Shown here: positions 46,785 to 63,081 of the stretch, one piece after another | How positions within the stretch are numbered: position 1 is the stretch's first letter | Layout of the letters: the number at the start of each line of letters is the position of its first letter | Assembly: GCF_009914755.1 (NCBI RefSeq) | Contig: NC_060935.1 | Length of the DNA stretch: 64,000 nucleotides | Direction: 5' to 3' (one strand) | DNA from: the human T2T-CHM13v2.0 reference genome, Homo sapiens | The notes under the pieces: generated by a model | Database searches by the model: none | Seen by the model: the letters and a program-made list of their open reading frames with translations, nothing else | Told to the model about the DNA's origin: nothing | Translations under genes and position numbers: made by a program

Positions 46785-47174
46785 ATGGGCTGCTGTGGCT
46801 GCTCTGGAGGCTGTGGCTCCGGCTGTGGGGGCTGTGGCTCTGGCTGTGGGGGCTGTGGGTCCAGCTGCTGTGTGCCCATCTGCTGCTGCAAGCCCGTGTG
46901 CTGCTGTGTGCCAGCCTGTTCCTGCACCAGCTGTGGCTCTTGTGGGGGCTCCAAGGGGTGCTGTGGCTCTTGTGGGGGCTCCAAAGGGGGCTGTGGCTCT
47001 TGTGGGGGCTCCAAGGGAGGCTGTGGCTCTTGTGGCTGCTCCCAGTGCAGTTGCTGCAAGCCCTGCTACTGTTCCTCAGGCTGTGGGTCATCCTGCTGCC
47101 AGTCCAGCTGCTGCAAGCCCTGCTGTTCCCAGGCCAGCTGCTGTGTCCCCATTTGCTGCCAGTGCAAAATCTGA
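46785..47174 (+). CDS. KRTAP5-6: Keratin-associated protein 5 family, ultra-high-sulfur, 129 aa, intronless
   Basis: ATG in strong Kozak context (accATGG) at 46785; [16 protein letters not shown]...[15 protein letters not shown]...(GSCGGSKGG)x3...[11 protein letters not shown]-stop; TATA upstream and AATAAA downstream. The ORF track start at 46662 is a non-ATG extension upstream of the TATA box. Confidence 0.93.
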   Translation: MGCCGCSGGCGSGCGGCGSGCGGCGSSCCVPICCCKPVCCCVPACSCTSCGSCGGSKGCCGSCGGSKGGCGSCGGSKGGCGSCGCSQCSCCKPCYCSSGCGSSCCQSSCCKPCCSQASCCVPICCQCKI

Positions 47175-47623
47175 GGCTCTGACTTTGGACCTCAGGTGAG
47201 TCCAGCATATCCACACCACCCAAGAAGTGACCAGTGCTGCATTTCAGTTCTGGCTGTCCCACAGCTCCAGGAGTTGTGTCCCCTGAATTTTGCAGAAGGT
47301 GATGACTCCAGGTTCTTGGCCTTTCCTGACTCCCTTTCTGGTCATTCTTCATGAGAACTCTCTTCCTCTCTCCTGGTGCCCAACACCTTCCCAGTTCCCA
47401 GAGCCCTGCAATCTCCTCCAACAAGCTCCCTGCCAGGTCCTGCTGCGACAGGGCCCTCCCTGTCCATCAGTCCTCCTGTCCTCCTTCTCTAGAGCAGCTG
47501 CAGGTCGGGGAGGCAGTGGAGATCTGCCCCCATCCCCAAAGGCTCCAAACCTTCCTCCCCAGGAGACGGCCACTCTCGCGGCTTCTCTCTCAGTTAAGGT
47601 TCAGCAGGACCTGAGACCCTTTA

Positions 47624-47629
47624 AATAAA
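47624..47629 (+). terminator. Polyadenylation signal of KRTAP5-6
   Basis: First AATAAA downstream of the stop codon, 450 bp away. Confidence 0.75.
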
Positions 47630-47696
47630 CACATTTCCCACCCATGAGGCTTGCTCTCACTGTGGCTTTAAAACAAACAAACAAACAAACAAAAAA

Positions 47697-49045
<1,349 letters not shown>

Positions 49046-50786
49046 CCGCCTACCACTGCATCTCTTTCCCTGCAGCTCTTGCCTGAGTGAATCTGCCTGC
49101 AGGGTCAGCCCATTCCCGGCCCGTCACTGAATGTGTGTTTACTGAGCTCCTCCTGCATCCCAGGTGCTCACAGCTGACAGGGAATCAGAACCCTCCCCTG
49201 CAGCTCAGGTCCTGGGTGGAGACAGCCTATCCAGTCCTCCAGGGACCACAAGGTGGGTGTCCTTTTTCTTGACTCCCATAGCAGCTGTGACTGAGATGCA
49301 GAGCTGGCACACACCTGGGCATGGCCCCACACGCAGGTGGCATGGGTGCAGTTCTAACCTCTCAGTCCGACTGCAAATGCTGCTCATAACCACAACAGAA
49401 CATTTGGCCAGAGACTGCTCTCCTCTCGGGAGCCACACTCAGGGACATCACCAGGAAGATACCTCCTATCCCAGGCCCCGTCTCACCATGGCTCTGACAG
49501 CAAATGTGGGGGCAGAGGTAGTGCAGGGCAGGCCCTGGGGAGGACCTTGGCCAGTCAGTGGCGCCTTTTCCTGAGGCCCCAGTATGGCTGCCTTGCCAGT
49601 CCTTCCTGACTGTCTCTGCCCTCAGCCCCTGAGCCCCAGGCCATCAGTGACTTGGTGGCCCTGGGGAGCAGCCTCTCATCTTTCTGCCTGGCCATCCTTG
49701 GCCAGGAGGTCTCCCTGCTGACCACTCCATTCGGGTCTAATTTGGTGCTTCCAGTGTGTCCATGGATGCATTATGATTCAAAAATAATCATCGCACTCAT
49801 ACTCACGGAGTCTGTATCATGTTGCCAGGCTCTGAGTTCAATGCTTTGCATCCTCTATCCCGGTTACGGAAGTGAAAACCACAGAGCCAGAATCTCAGCC
49901 CATGTCACTTGGTCCCCAAGGCCTGATGCTACCCTGATTTTCTTGGATGCCGGCTGCCTCACCCAAAAAGTGTGGATTATGTTAGAGTGAAAGTTCCCCA
50001 GGAATAAAACCACCCAAAAAAGACCAGAAAGGGTAGAAGAGACATCGATATCATGGCATCCAGATCCAGGAAAATGACAACCAGAGAGCCCAGCCTTTAA
50101 TGTGAGCTCCCTAGCAGTCAGAGCAAAAAGGGAAAGAGGGGACACATAGGCTTCATCACCTGGAGGAGGGAGCAGCACAGTTTACAGCAGAAATACGCTC
50201 TGTCACGTTTCAGAGTGAAGAGTCAGTTGGGGTGACAGCTGTGGAATAGAGGTGCCCCTCAGGGAAGAGGGTCCCTCGCTGCTGTTGCCACATTGTATTA
50301 AAATAAAACTATAAAAAAGTGGACAAGGTATCCATGTAGAACTCAATAAGTTTCCACAAAAGCTGAACACCTTCCTAGAACTGGCCCTCAGAACAAGAAA
50401 TAGAACATTCCGGCACCCCAGAAGCACCCATTTCTAATTGCTACCCACTCCCCACCAAGAGTAACCATGAGCTTGAATTATCCCATCAGACACCAGTTTT
50501 GTCTGTTACTGGACTTCATAAAACGCCATCGTAGGCCGTGTCCTCTCATGGCCAGCTCCTTTGGCCCCAGACTATGTTGGCGAGGTTCATCCACTGTGTT
50601 GCATGGAATTTGCCCCGTTCGCGGCTGTTGCTGGGTCCTGAATTGTAAGAGTGCAGCGCAGCATGCACACGCACTCAGAGGATTTGGTTTTAAGAGCTGC
50701 GTGGGAGGGTGCAATGCAGAAGACAAGTCTTTGTTCTGCACAGTGGGTGGTTGGAGCTCAGAGCTGCTGCCCAAAGCAGAGATCCC

Positions 50787-50905
50787 GGAAGGGACTGTGC
50801 CCTCTGATGGGGGTGGCTAGAAGGCAACCCAGCCGCTGCCAGAAGGAAGGGACTGTGCCCTCTCATGGGGGCAGCTAGAAGGCAACCCAGCCACTGCCAG
50901 AAGGA
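50787..50905. repeat. 58-bp tandem duplication, 2 copies
   Basis: ggaagggactgtgccctct(g/c)atggggg..gctagaaggcaacccagcc(g/a)ctgccagaa at 50787 and 50845. Confidence 0.9.
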
Positions 50906-51399
50906 GACAGCAGAGAAATACGTTTGCTGAGTCTGAGATGGGTGATAAAAACATTTCCTTTGAGAAGTGACAACTTCAGGCCCACCATTATCCAGGTGGG
51001 AGGCACACATTGGCATCAGTTTTGTGGTCCAGAAAACCACAAGCTGAGCAAGTCACTTAAAGTGGTCCTGAATTGATAGGACCCAGAGCAGCCCGGTGGA
51101 AGGAAGTGCAGCAAAACTTCAGACAAAGTCTGTGTCCTCAGCCAAGGCCCTGAGCTCCCCACCTACAGCCGAGGCAAACATGAGCTCACAGCAGAAAACC
51201 ACAAGCACACAAGGAAAGCAGCCACCGTGGGCAAGAGCCAGCACCCGCAGTCAGAGACACATGGAGACACCAAGGGCCATGAATGAGGACATGAGGAGAT
51301 AAAATACCAGCTAAATATTTAAAACAATGGGCTCACCCACTGTCTTGGGACCACGAAGGCTCTTCTGAGAGAGAAAGTTTCCTATCCTCAGAGTTTTAG

Positions 51400-54300
51400 G
51401 TGAACATATGGGTAAATCTAATGGGTTATTCTCTTCAAAATGTGTTTGATGTTGTAAACAAAAATCACACCATTCTCTGGTGGGGTTTTCAAAATGAGTA
51501 TTTGTCATTTATGAGACAAGTGGTCTCTATTGCGGGAAGATTCCTGGATTCCACCTAAATTAGTGAAATATCGATTCTAAGTACACAGTGCAAAAGTAAG
51601 CAATATACCCGTACTCTAGAACAACCATTAAAAAGATATAAACAAAGAATATAGTCAAGCTGGTTCTTTGAAAAGATCAACATATTTTTTAAATTTTAGC
51701 AAGACTGGCAAGATGAAAAAGAAAGAAGATGCAAATTACCAATATCAGGAATGAGAAAAGGGATATCACTTCGGGTCCCACGGACATTAAAAGGATAATG
51801 CAGGAATACTGCACGCCGCATACATTTGGAAACTAAGAGGAAAGGGACCAATTGCTCGAAAGACATGAACCACCAAACTCAAGAAGGAAGAGGGAGCCTG
51901 AATATCTCTATCAAGAAACAGAATTTGTAGTTAAAAGCCTTCCCACACAAAAAAACCCTTCAAGGCCAGATGGTTTCATTGGTTAATTCTACATAACCTT
52001 CAAGGAACAAATAATCTGAAAGCAAGCAGGAAAAAATATATAAATTTATGGATAAGTGTGTATGTATGCATATAAAATTAGAAATCAATGCAATAGAAAA
52101 TAGCAAAACAACGGAGAAAATTTATTCAACCAGCCAGGCGTGGTGATTCACGCCTATAATCCCAGCACTTCGGGAGGCCGAGGTGGGTGGATCACTTGAG
52201 GTCAGGTGTTCGAGACCAGCCTGGCCAACACGGCAAAACCCCATCTCCACTAAAAGTACAAAAATTAGCCTGACGTGGTGGCCCATGATTGTAATGTAAG
52301 CTACTTGGGAGGCTGAGGCAGGAGAATAGCTGAACCCAGGAGGCAGAGGTTGCAGAGAACTGAGCTGAGATCGTGCCACCACACTCCAGCCCGGGCAACA
52401 GAGTGAAATTCCATCTCAAAAAAATAAAAAAAATAAAACAAGAAAATTAATTAAACCAAAATCTGGTTCTTTGAAAAGATCAATAAAGATCAATAAATAA
52501 AGATCAAAAAAGATAAGCCTGTAGCAAGACAGACAAGAAAAAAGAGCAGACACACATGACCGAGGTGTGTGTGGGATATCACCATGTTGGCCAGGCTGGT
52601 CTCAAACTCCTGACCTCAGGTGATCCACCTGCCTTGGCCTCCCAAAGTGCTGGGATTACAGGAGTGAGCGTGCCCGGCCCAAAACTGTTCTATATGATAC
52701 TGTGATGGTGAATAAATGGCATTCCACGTTCATCATTTGTGTTGTAGAACGTACAACATGAAGAGTGGAGGTGAAGGTTAGGTCTGGACTTTGGGTGCTC
52801 ACCACGTGTCAATGTTGGCTCATCAATGATGACAAATGGGCCACCCTAGTGTAGGATGCTAACAGCAGGGGACGTTATGTAGGTGTGGCAGCAGGTGAAA
52901 TACGGTAATTTTCTATACATTCAACTCAATTTTGCTGTGAACCTAAAACTGCCCTAAAACATAGTGTGTTTTCTGAAATACGTCCAAAAATAAAAAGTTA
53001 TAAATCTAACAAAATATGTACAGAATGCACATGTTATAAATACAAAACACTGATGAAAGGAATCAAAAAATACCTAAATAAGTGGAGAGAGTCGTGCATT
53101 CATAGATTTGAAGACACAAAATAATAAAGACGTCAACTTCCCCAAAACTGATGTGCAGATTTAATTGGATTCCAACAACAATCTTAGCAGGATTTTTTGG
53201 TAGATATTCATAAGCTGTTTATGAAATTTATGAGGAAAGGCAAAAGAAAATAGAATAACCTCAAGGATCTAGAACTAGAAATACCATTTCACCCAGCCAT
53301 CCCATTACTGGGTATATACCCAAAGGATTATAAATCATGCTGCTATAAAGACACATGCACACGTATGTTTATTGCAGCACTATTCACAATAGCAAAGACT
53401 TGGAGCCAACCCAAATATCCATCAATGATAGACTGGATTAAGAAAATGTGGCACATATACACCATGGAATACTATGCAGCTATAAAAAATGATGAGTTCA
53501 TGTCCTTTGTAGGGACATGGATGAAACTGAAAACCATCATTCTCAGCAAACTATCGCAAGGACAGAAAACCAAACACCACATGTTCTCACTCATAGGTGG
53601 GAACTGAACAATGAGAACACTTGGACACAGGAAGGGGAACATCACACACTGGGGCCTGTCGTGGGGTGGGGGGAGGGGGGAGGGAGAGCATTAGGAGATA
53701 TACCTAATGTAAATGACGAGTTAACGGGTACAGCACACCAACATGGCACATGTATACATATGTAACAAACCTGCACGTTGTGCACATGTACCCTAGAACT
53801 TAAAGTGTAATAAGAAAACATTTAAAAAAGAAAAGAAAATAGAATAGCCAAAACAATTTTGAAACAAGAAATATAGTTGGAAGAATGACATTAGCTGACT
53901 TTGAGACATTCCATAAAGCGACAGCAATGTAGACAGTGTGGTATGGGCAGAGGGGTAGACACACAGATCAAGGGAAAAGCACGGAGTTGAGATGTCACTC
54001 GCACACACAAGACTGCGCTAATTTATGACAAAGGGGCAAGACAACTAAATGGAGAAGTGTCTGCTGCAATCACAAAATACCTGTGACTGGGTATTTTACA
54101 AACAATAGAAGTACATTTCTCACAGTTTTGGAGGCTAGACGTCCCCAGATCAAGGTGCCAGTATTCTGCATCTGGTGGAGGCTCTTTGCTGTGTCCTTTT
54201 GGTGGAAAACATAAGGGGCAAAAAGGACCCAAGCTCATCCCCCCCAGCCCTTTAATGAGGCACTAATCTATGCCTGAGAGCAAAGCCCTGACTTGATCAC

Positions 54301-54600
54301 TTCTCAAGAGACCCCACCTCTTAGTAACACCATAACAGGGGTTAAGTTACAGCGCATGAATTTTGGGGAACGCATTCATACCAGCGCGCGAAAGGAGAAC
54401 CGTTTCCAAAAAATGGCATTGGAACAATTGAACCGCCGTAGACAAAACGAAAACAAAACCTCAACCTCAACCTCATACTTTATATAAAATTAACTCTATG
54501 CCCATCATAGACCTAAATGTTGAATATAAAACAATAAAACATTTGGAATAAAACAGGAGAAAGTCTTAGTGACCTTGAATAATAAAAACACACTGTGTAA
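51400..54600 (+). mobile_element. Old L1M fragments with Alu (52132-52445, +), Alu fragment (52578-52680, -) and MaLR LTR (~54055-54387)
   Basis: ctggttctttgaaaagatcaa, caaattaccaatatcaggaatga; ctcacagttttggaggct...cagatcaaggtgccag. Confidence 0.72.
53258..53830 (+). mobile_element. 5'-truncated L1PA (primate-specific)
   Basis: ORF2 C-terminus (MFIAALFTIAKTWSQPK...HMFSLIGGN*) and 3'UTR ending ccctagaacttaaagt; TSD aaaagaaaatagaata. Confidence 0.93.
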
Positions 54601-55137
54601 GAAATAATAATGTGAGTGAAATTCAGTGTCCTTTAAAGATAAAAGGTCACGTCATAAGGAGAGAGACACACTTGGCAGTGCTCCTGGTTGCTGGTGGAGG
54701 ACCAAGTGAGTCCTTATTTAGAAGGGACATTTTTTTTTTCTGTGCCATTTTCTTCATCGAACATTTAGTCCTTTGAAAGCTTGTGATTATCTTATGTTCA
54801 AATGCTATGAAATAATAAAGTCACAGGGCAGTCCCACTGCAGCGTGACAATGAGGGGGAACTCCAGAGATCCACTTCCATGTGAAACTGGTGAAGACTTT
54901 AAAAACAAAAACAAACGAAACCCCACCCCCAACAACCATTTAAAGCATCTGCAAATGGCCCTGTAGCCATTTCAAATAGAGAAACATTTATTCAAGAAAA
55001 TCGACTAAAGCTTAGTGAGAACTGTGTGAGTCTGTGGTATCTGAGCCAATGCGTGTGCCCTCTCCCAGCCCAGTGAGACAGAAGCTCCACTCCAGGCTGT
55101 ACAGCCAGGAATGCAAGACTATCTCTCCTCCAGTTTC

Positions 55138-56777
55138 TGTAATTGCCCGACAGGCTCTTCCCGCCCGCTGCACAGACAAAACCAGTTCACTCTGAGAACA
55201 TGGTATTGCAGTAAATGAAATGTTTAATTAACGCAAGGCCTGCCAGGTGGAAGAACTGGAATGATCACTCAAACCCGTCTCCCTGAAGGCTTGAAGGTTA
55301 GGGTTTTTCCAGGACAGTGTGGTGGGTGGGGGGCTGGGGAATGGGTGCTCCTCATTGGTTGCGGGGGCAATCACAGGGGTGTGGAAAATGGTCCTTGTGC
55401 CCTGAATCTGCCTCTGGGTGGATAACAACCCCAAAGTGAAAGCAACCCAGACATCCTTCAACGGGTGAACGGTTAAACAAGTCGTGAGTCACGAGTCTGC
55501 ATGGGGTCAGTTGGAAAACCACCTCAAAAGACCAATCTTAATTCTACCACAGTGATATTATCTATAGGAGCAACTGGGGAAGCCACAAATCTTGTGATCT
55601 CTGGACAAATGACTCCTAAGCAGAGGGGGATTATAGAAACTATGCCTATATTTTAGCAGAACTCATGCCCTCCTGTAATTCTAATCTTGTGGTCTTTCAT
55701 TAGTCCTATAAAGGCAGTTTCAGCTCCCCAAAAAGGAGGGGATTTGTTTTAGGGCGGGACCGTTATCATCCTTGCTTACAAGTTAAACTATAAACTAAAT
55801 TCCTCCCATGGATATAATAGAGGCAGGAGGCAGACAAATCCCAGGCAGATGGGGGTGGGTCCCCAGTGAAACCTCACCTTCAAGCCAAAACATCCTGAAA
55901 CCTGCAGCCCAGAGTGAAAACTTCTATTCTTGTTTGCCTGCTCGCTCCGGATTGGTTCATTTTGAATAATGCCTTTTTAACCAATCAAATACTGCCTTTT
56001 CCAATACTACCTATGGCCTGGCCTGCCCCCGTCCTGGGCCTATAAAGACTCCAGACTCAGTTGGTAGAGAGAGAGAGAAGGCCTGACTTCAAGGAAGAGA
56101 TCTCCTGACTTTGGGGAAGACGACCTGCCCTCCCTGTCCCCTTTCCAGTTCCCCTCTCTGCTGAGAGCTGTTTTCATTGCTCAGTAAAAGTCTCCACTTT
56201 CACCATCCTTCAATCACCAGCATGACCTCATTCTTCTTGGACGCTGGACAAGAGCTCAGGACCCACAGAGTGCAGGTACCTAGAAAGGATGTCACCCGGG
56301 CCCTTTGCCCTCGCCAGCAGAGGGCAGCTGCCCCACGCGATGAGGCCAGGGGCCGACCGAGCTGCTAACACATTGCCCTCCATTGGGATGTGGATGGTGG
56401 AACTATAAGAGCTGATTAGAGCACTAACACCCCCTCTGGGGCTTCGGGGTTGCGGGCACCCTTGTCTGGGCACTGCCATGTTCTCCTCGAGGTGACACAC
56501 CTGGTCTGGCTGTGGGCCCCACGTGGAGTTTGCTCCCGTGTCAGCGTTCAGAGTGGCTGGCCAGATCCCACACTTGCTCGCTCATGCACTCCCTCCCGCA
56601 AGGGGCTGAGCATGCTGGGCCAAGTAGATGAGGAGCCTCTGCTGTGAGTCCAGCAAAGAGGCTGAGAAAAAATCCTGCATCAGTTAGCTTGGCCTGAGTC
56701 CAGGAATAAGCAAGGACAACCAGCCTATGAGCCAGAAGCAAGATGGAGTCAGCCATGCTAGACCTCTCTCGCTGTCA
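55138..56777 (-). mobile_element. ERV1 LTR (MER51/MER49-like) split by a nested LTR
   Basis: tgtaattgcccgac...gcccgctgcacagac start; ...aaactataaactaaattcctccca | gttagcttggcc...agcaagatggagtcagccatg...tgtca end. Confidence 0.7.
55810..56681 (+). mobile_element. ERV1 LTR (MER52/LTR27/LTR28-like)
   Basis: ggcaggaggcagacaaat...ccccagtgaaacc start, CCAAT and TATAAA, AGTAAA, end aaaaatcctgcatca. Confidence 0.7.
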
Positions 56778-58806
56778 AAAGGTAGTTTCACTTCCAGTTG
56801 GTGAGGCTCTCTTCCTGTGAGGGTCAGTGTGCTAGCATCCTGCCCCCAGCTACCTGTGTCTCAGGCTGAATTCTGAGTGAGTGTGTCCGAGAGGTGAGGG
56901 TCCCTTCCTCTACTCAGCCTCAGGTCTCACTCATGCAGCAAAGGCTGCCCTGGGTTCATCATGCTGAGAATCCTGGGTCTCGGGTCTCTGGTCACCTTTG
57001 CTCCAGCTTATGGGAGGGGTTCATGCTGAGAGAGGCAAGCTGAGGACACCTGGAGCTGCTGCCCATCACTCAAGTGTCCAGCTTCTAAAGTAGGCATGAC
57101 ACCAGTGAGCCAAGATCCCTGCCGTCAGTTCCAGAGCTGTGGCTTAGAGATTTTGTCCAGGGAGAATGGCAGGATGTAGAACAGAGGATCTCCTAGTCTC
57201 TCCCAAAAGGAACTGACTTCATTTGCAACAGAGTATGAAGTTCAAACCTAAGGGTGCTCTCAGAGTCAGTGGCGGTTGTGGTGAAGGGCAACTGGGAGAA
57301 GATTGATAGATTCTTTAGAGACGTAGCCTAACTCTAAGATGGCTAGTTTTCTGGAGAGAAATGGAGAAAGAGAGAGCTGGGAAGAGACTTTCTGGGTTAG
57401 TAAGAAATCTCAAGCACTGGCCTTTCCTTTCAAAGGAGTCAGAATTTGATTGGATTAGTCTGTGAAGCAATTTATTCCCTAGGGTGATGTCAAAAACAAT
57501 CGAGCAACCAGCTTGCAATGACGAATTTAGCAGCTGGGTTTGGTCAGGGAAAGAGACGAAGAGAGCCTTCCCACACCCCCATCATATCAAGGTGGACCTG
57601 CCCACTACTTCTCAGGGGAAACAGACTTTACTGCAGTATTCCAGTCATTGCAGCTTTCACCTAAAAGCTTTCACACAATTGCTTTGGGCTATTCATAATA
57701 GCCCCACACTGAAAATCCAGGCGTCCTTCAATGGGCGAACAGTTAAATAAGTTGGGGCTCGTTCAGCTTATGGAATATGTTTAGCAAGAAAAAGGAATGA
57801 ACTATTGATACATACCACAGCCTGCTAATCTCCAGAGAATCATGCTGAATGAAAAATAAAAAGCCAATTCAAAAGGTTACATGCTGTTTTATTTCAGTTA
57901 CATAACATCCTTGAAATGAAAACTTTATAGAAATGGATAACCAATTAGTGTCTCCTAGGGTTTATCGCCCAGGGTTCCGGCAGTGATGAATGTGGTCTGT
58001 GTTTTGAAAATATCGATGCCAATATTCTGATTGTGATATTGTTCCGTAGTTTTGCAAGGAGTTACCATTGAGGGAACTGGATAAAGGGTTCATGATATTC
58101 TATTATTTCTTACAACTGCATGCAAACCTAAAATAATCTCAAAATAAAAAGATTAATATATTAAAAAAAGAATTAGGATACTTCTGCTTTGGGTCAAGAT
58201 AGAGCAACAGAGAATAAATATACAATTGTAAATGTAAAACAACAACAACAAAACCAAGACAAACACATTATTCTCAAGAGGTAGACAACAGACAAGAAAG
58301 GACTGGGAGGTGAGCCCTGGGACGTGAGCCCTTCAGTGGCCCCAGGTTTCAGCCCTCAGAGTGTTTCCAGGTCATGGCGCAGGGAGAGGAGACCCCGGGG
58401 AAGCTCAGTGTATTCCTTGAGTTGAGCATTTGTGAAGACCAAGGCAGCCCGAGGTCACAGGGCAGAGCATCGGAGAGTGGAGCGCTGCACAGGGAGCTGG
58501 GAGACATGCGGAGGGTCCCCTCTTCAGTCCTCAGCAGGGCACTGAATGGCACATGCGTGGGAGAGAACTACTTGAAGCCAGGGAAAGAACCAGCAGAGAG
58601 GACCAAAGGGAACTGTGCCAGGCGCGCACACAGGGCTGGGGACAGTGACTGACCCCAGCAGAAAGGCTGGAAAATTCCACAATTCATGGAGCATGTGGGT
58701 GGAATATTGAGAAGGGTCTCAACAGTGGAGAATAAATAACCTTCTACTAAGAATCTTCCCTCCATAATTGCTAGAAAAAGCAGATGGAAACTAAATAAGA
58801 ACACAG

Positions 58807-59296
<490 letters not shown>

Positions 59297-60944
59297 TTAG
59301 AGGTCACTCCACCCAATAACAGCAGAATACACACTCTCTTCAAGTGCACAGGGAACATTTACCAACATAGACCATATTCTGGGCCAGAAAAAAAGTCTCA
59401 ACAGATTTTAAGAGGTCCAAGTCCCACAGAGTATATTATCTGACCCTATGGAATTCAATCCCACATATTTGGAAACTAAATAGCATACTGCTAAGTAATC
59501 CACGGGCCAAAGAATAATTAAAAGAGAAACCCAAAATTATTTCAAACTAAAAGAAAATCAAAGCTACATCTAAATTTGTGTTTTCACAAATTTATAGCAT
59601 TAAATGTCCATGTTAGAAAAGAAGTTTTCCAGGTTGGACATGGTAGCTCATGCCTATAATTCCAGCATTTGGGAGGCTGAGGAGAGAGGATTGCTTGAGC
59701 TCAGGAGTTCGAGACCAGTCTGGGAAATATAGTGAGCCCTTGTCTGTACTAAAAATCAAAAATATTAGCTGGGTGCAGTGGTGCATGCCTGTAGTCCCAG
59801 CTACTCAGGAGGCTGAAGGTGGGAGGGTCACTGGAGCCTAGGTTGTTGAGGCTATAGTGAGCCGTGATTGTGCCACTGTACTACAGCCTGGGTCACAGAG
59901 CAAGACCGCATCTGGAAAAAAAAAAAAAGAAAAGAACAGCAACAAAAATAAGTTTTCCAATTCATGACCTCAGTTTTCACCTTAAGTAATGAGAGAAAGG
60001 AGCAAATAATTAAAAAAAAAGAAAAAAAGTACATTTAAAGGATCAGAGTGAACAATCAATGAAACACAGAACAAAAATAGAGAAAATCAGTGACGCCAAA
60101 TCTCATTCTTTGAGATCAATAAAACTGATAAATTCTTAGCTAGACTCATCAAGGGGAAAAAGGGAGAGAAAAGACACAAATTACTAACATCAGGAATGAC
60201 AACAGCATAATCATCGTAGGTTCTACTAAGTGTTAAAAGAATTGAGAAGGAATAATATGAGCAATTTAATGTTGATGCATTTAACAGCTTAGATTAAATG
60301 GACAAAATTTATGAAAGGCACAAACTTTCAAAGCTTACTCAAGAAGAAAAAGATAACCAGAGTAGCCCTGTATTTATTTAATACGTAAAATTTGGCTTTA
60401 AAAAACAAAAACAAAAGCAAAAACAAAACTTCCCACAAAGAAACCTCCTGGCCCAGGCAGCTTTACAGGCAAATTCTACCAAACATGCAAAGAAGACTTA
60501 ACACCAAATCCACACTCATGTTTGCAGGAAATTGAAGAGGAAAGAACATTCCCAACTCATTCTAAAATATGCACAGAAATGAAAAAAAAAAGTCACATCT
60601 GAAAAAGGAAAAGTCTACCCTACTTGATTTTAAAAAATGTAAACCTGCCTGGGCACGGTGGCTTACGCCTGTGATCCCAACACTGTGGGAGACTGAGGTG
60701 GGCAGACTGCTTGAGGCCAGGAGTTCAAGACCAGCCTGGCCAACACAGTGAAATCTCGCCTCTACCAAAAATACAAAAATTTGTCCAGGCGCCACGGCTC
60801 ACGCCTGTAAGCCCAGCACTTTGGGATCTTGGACTTCTGACCGCTAGAACTGCGAGAAATTGAATTTCTATTGTTTAGGTCACGCAATCTGTGGCACTCT
60901 GTTCTGTCAGCCCCTTGTTGACTGAGGCAGCCATATCTCAAGAT

Positions 60945-61097
60945 ATTTTGTTTGTTAAACTTGTGGGGAGGGTGCTGCTGGCATTGGATGGGCAGCGGCC
61001 AGGGATGCCGCTGAATACTTTATGATGCACAGGACGGCTCCACACCAAAGAATGGTCTGGCCCCAAATGCTGATAATGTCAAGATTGAGGAACCATG
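60945..61097 (+). mobile_element. MER20 DNA transposon fragment
   Basis: ggccagggatgccgctgaa...atgcacaggacggctcc...aaagaat...ggccccaaatg...gattgaggaaccatg. Confidence 0.7.
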
Positions 61098-61525
61098 AGA
61101 TAAATAAATAAACCAGTGAAACAGGATAGAGAGTTTGGAAACAGAGCCGCACATAAATGGACAACTCCTGGTCTCTGTAACAAACGCTGCTGGAATAACT
61201 GCGTATCTGTGTGCAAAAAGTGAACTTCAAGGTACACATCATGCCACAGAACACTACCTCCAAACAAATCATAGGTTTACATTCAAATTTAGGAGAAAGT
61301 CTTTGTGGCCTCGTATTGGGCAAACATGTCTTAGACATGAGGCCAAAAGCACACTTCATAAAATACAAAAAGTGATGAGTTGAACTTCATCACAATTAAG
61401 AAATTCTGTGTTTGGAGAGGCACTGTTAGGAGAGTGAAAATGCAAGCCACAGATGGAGAGAAAACATTTGAAAACATATTATCTGATAAAAGACATGTAT
61501 CAGTCTTTAAGGAATTCTTGAAGTC

Positions 61526-62049
<524 letters not shown>

Positions 62050-62690
62050 TTATTATTTATTTTGTTATTTATTTTATTAATTTTTATTTCAATAGCTTTT
62101 GGGGTACAAGTGATTTTTTTGTTACATCGATGAATTCTATGGTGGTGAATTCTGAGATTTTGGTGCACGTGTCACCTGAGTAGTGTACATCGTACCTAAA
62201 AGTGTCATTTTAAAAATCTCCAGCCCCCTCTCGCCGCCCCTCTTCTGAGTCTCTGAAGTCCGTTACATCACTCTGTATGCCTCTGTATACTCACAGCTTA
62301 GCTCTCACTTAAAAGTGAGAACATACGGTTTTTTATTTTCCACTCCTGTGTTACTTCACTTAGAATAATGGCCTCCAGCTCCATCTAAGTTGATGCAAAA
62401 GGCATTATTTTGCTCCGTTTTTATGGCTGAGCAGTATTCCATGGTGTATCTGTGCCGCATTTTCTTTAGCCACTCGTTAGTCGATGGGCACTTAGGTTGG
62501 TTCCAGATCTTTGCAATTGTGAACTGTGCTGGAATAAACATACCCGTGCAAGGGTCTTTTTCATAGAATGACTTCTTTTCCTTTGGGTAGATACCCAGGA
62601 GTGGGATTGCTGGATCGAATGGTAGGTCTACTTTTAGCTCTGTAAGGAATCTCCACACTGTTTTCCATAGAGGTTACACTGATTTACATT
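62050..62690 (-). mobile_element. L1PB/L1MA 3' end
   Basis: Minus-strand ORF ...[16 protein letters not shown]...FTIAKIWNQPKCPS; flanked by aaaatgggcaaaa. Confidence 0.85.
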
Positions 62691-62706
62691 AAAAATGGGC
62701 AAAAGG

Positions 62707-63041
<335 letters not shown>

Positions 63042-63079
<38 letters not shown>
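63042..63079. repeat. (TA)n microsatellite
   Basis: ~19 perfect TA units. Confidence 0.95.

Positions 63080-63081
<2 letters not shown>

Noticed and set aside
46769-47424. Antisense and alternate-frame ORFs over KRTAP5-6 (QP-rich)
   Set aside because: Shadow ORFs of the Cys/Gly repeat coding strand
53365-53607. L1 ORF2 C-terminal peptide as a gene
   Set aside because: 5'-truncated retrotransposon fragment without promoter
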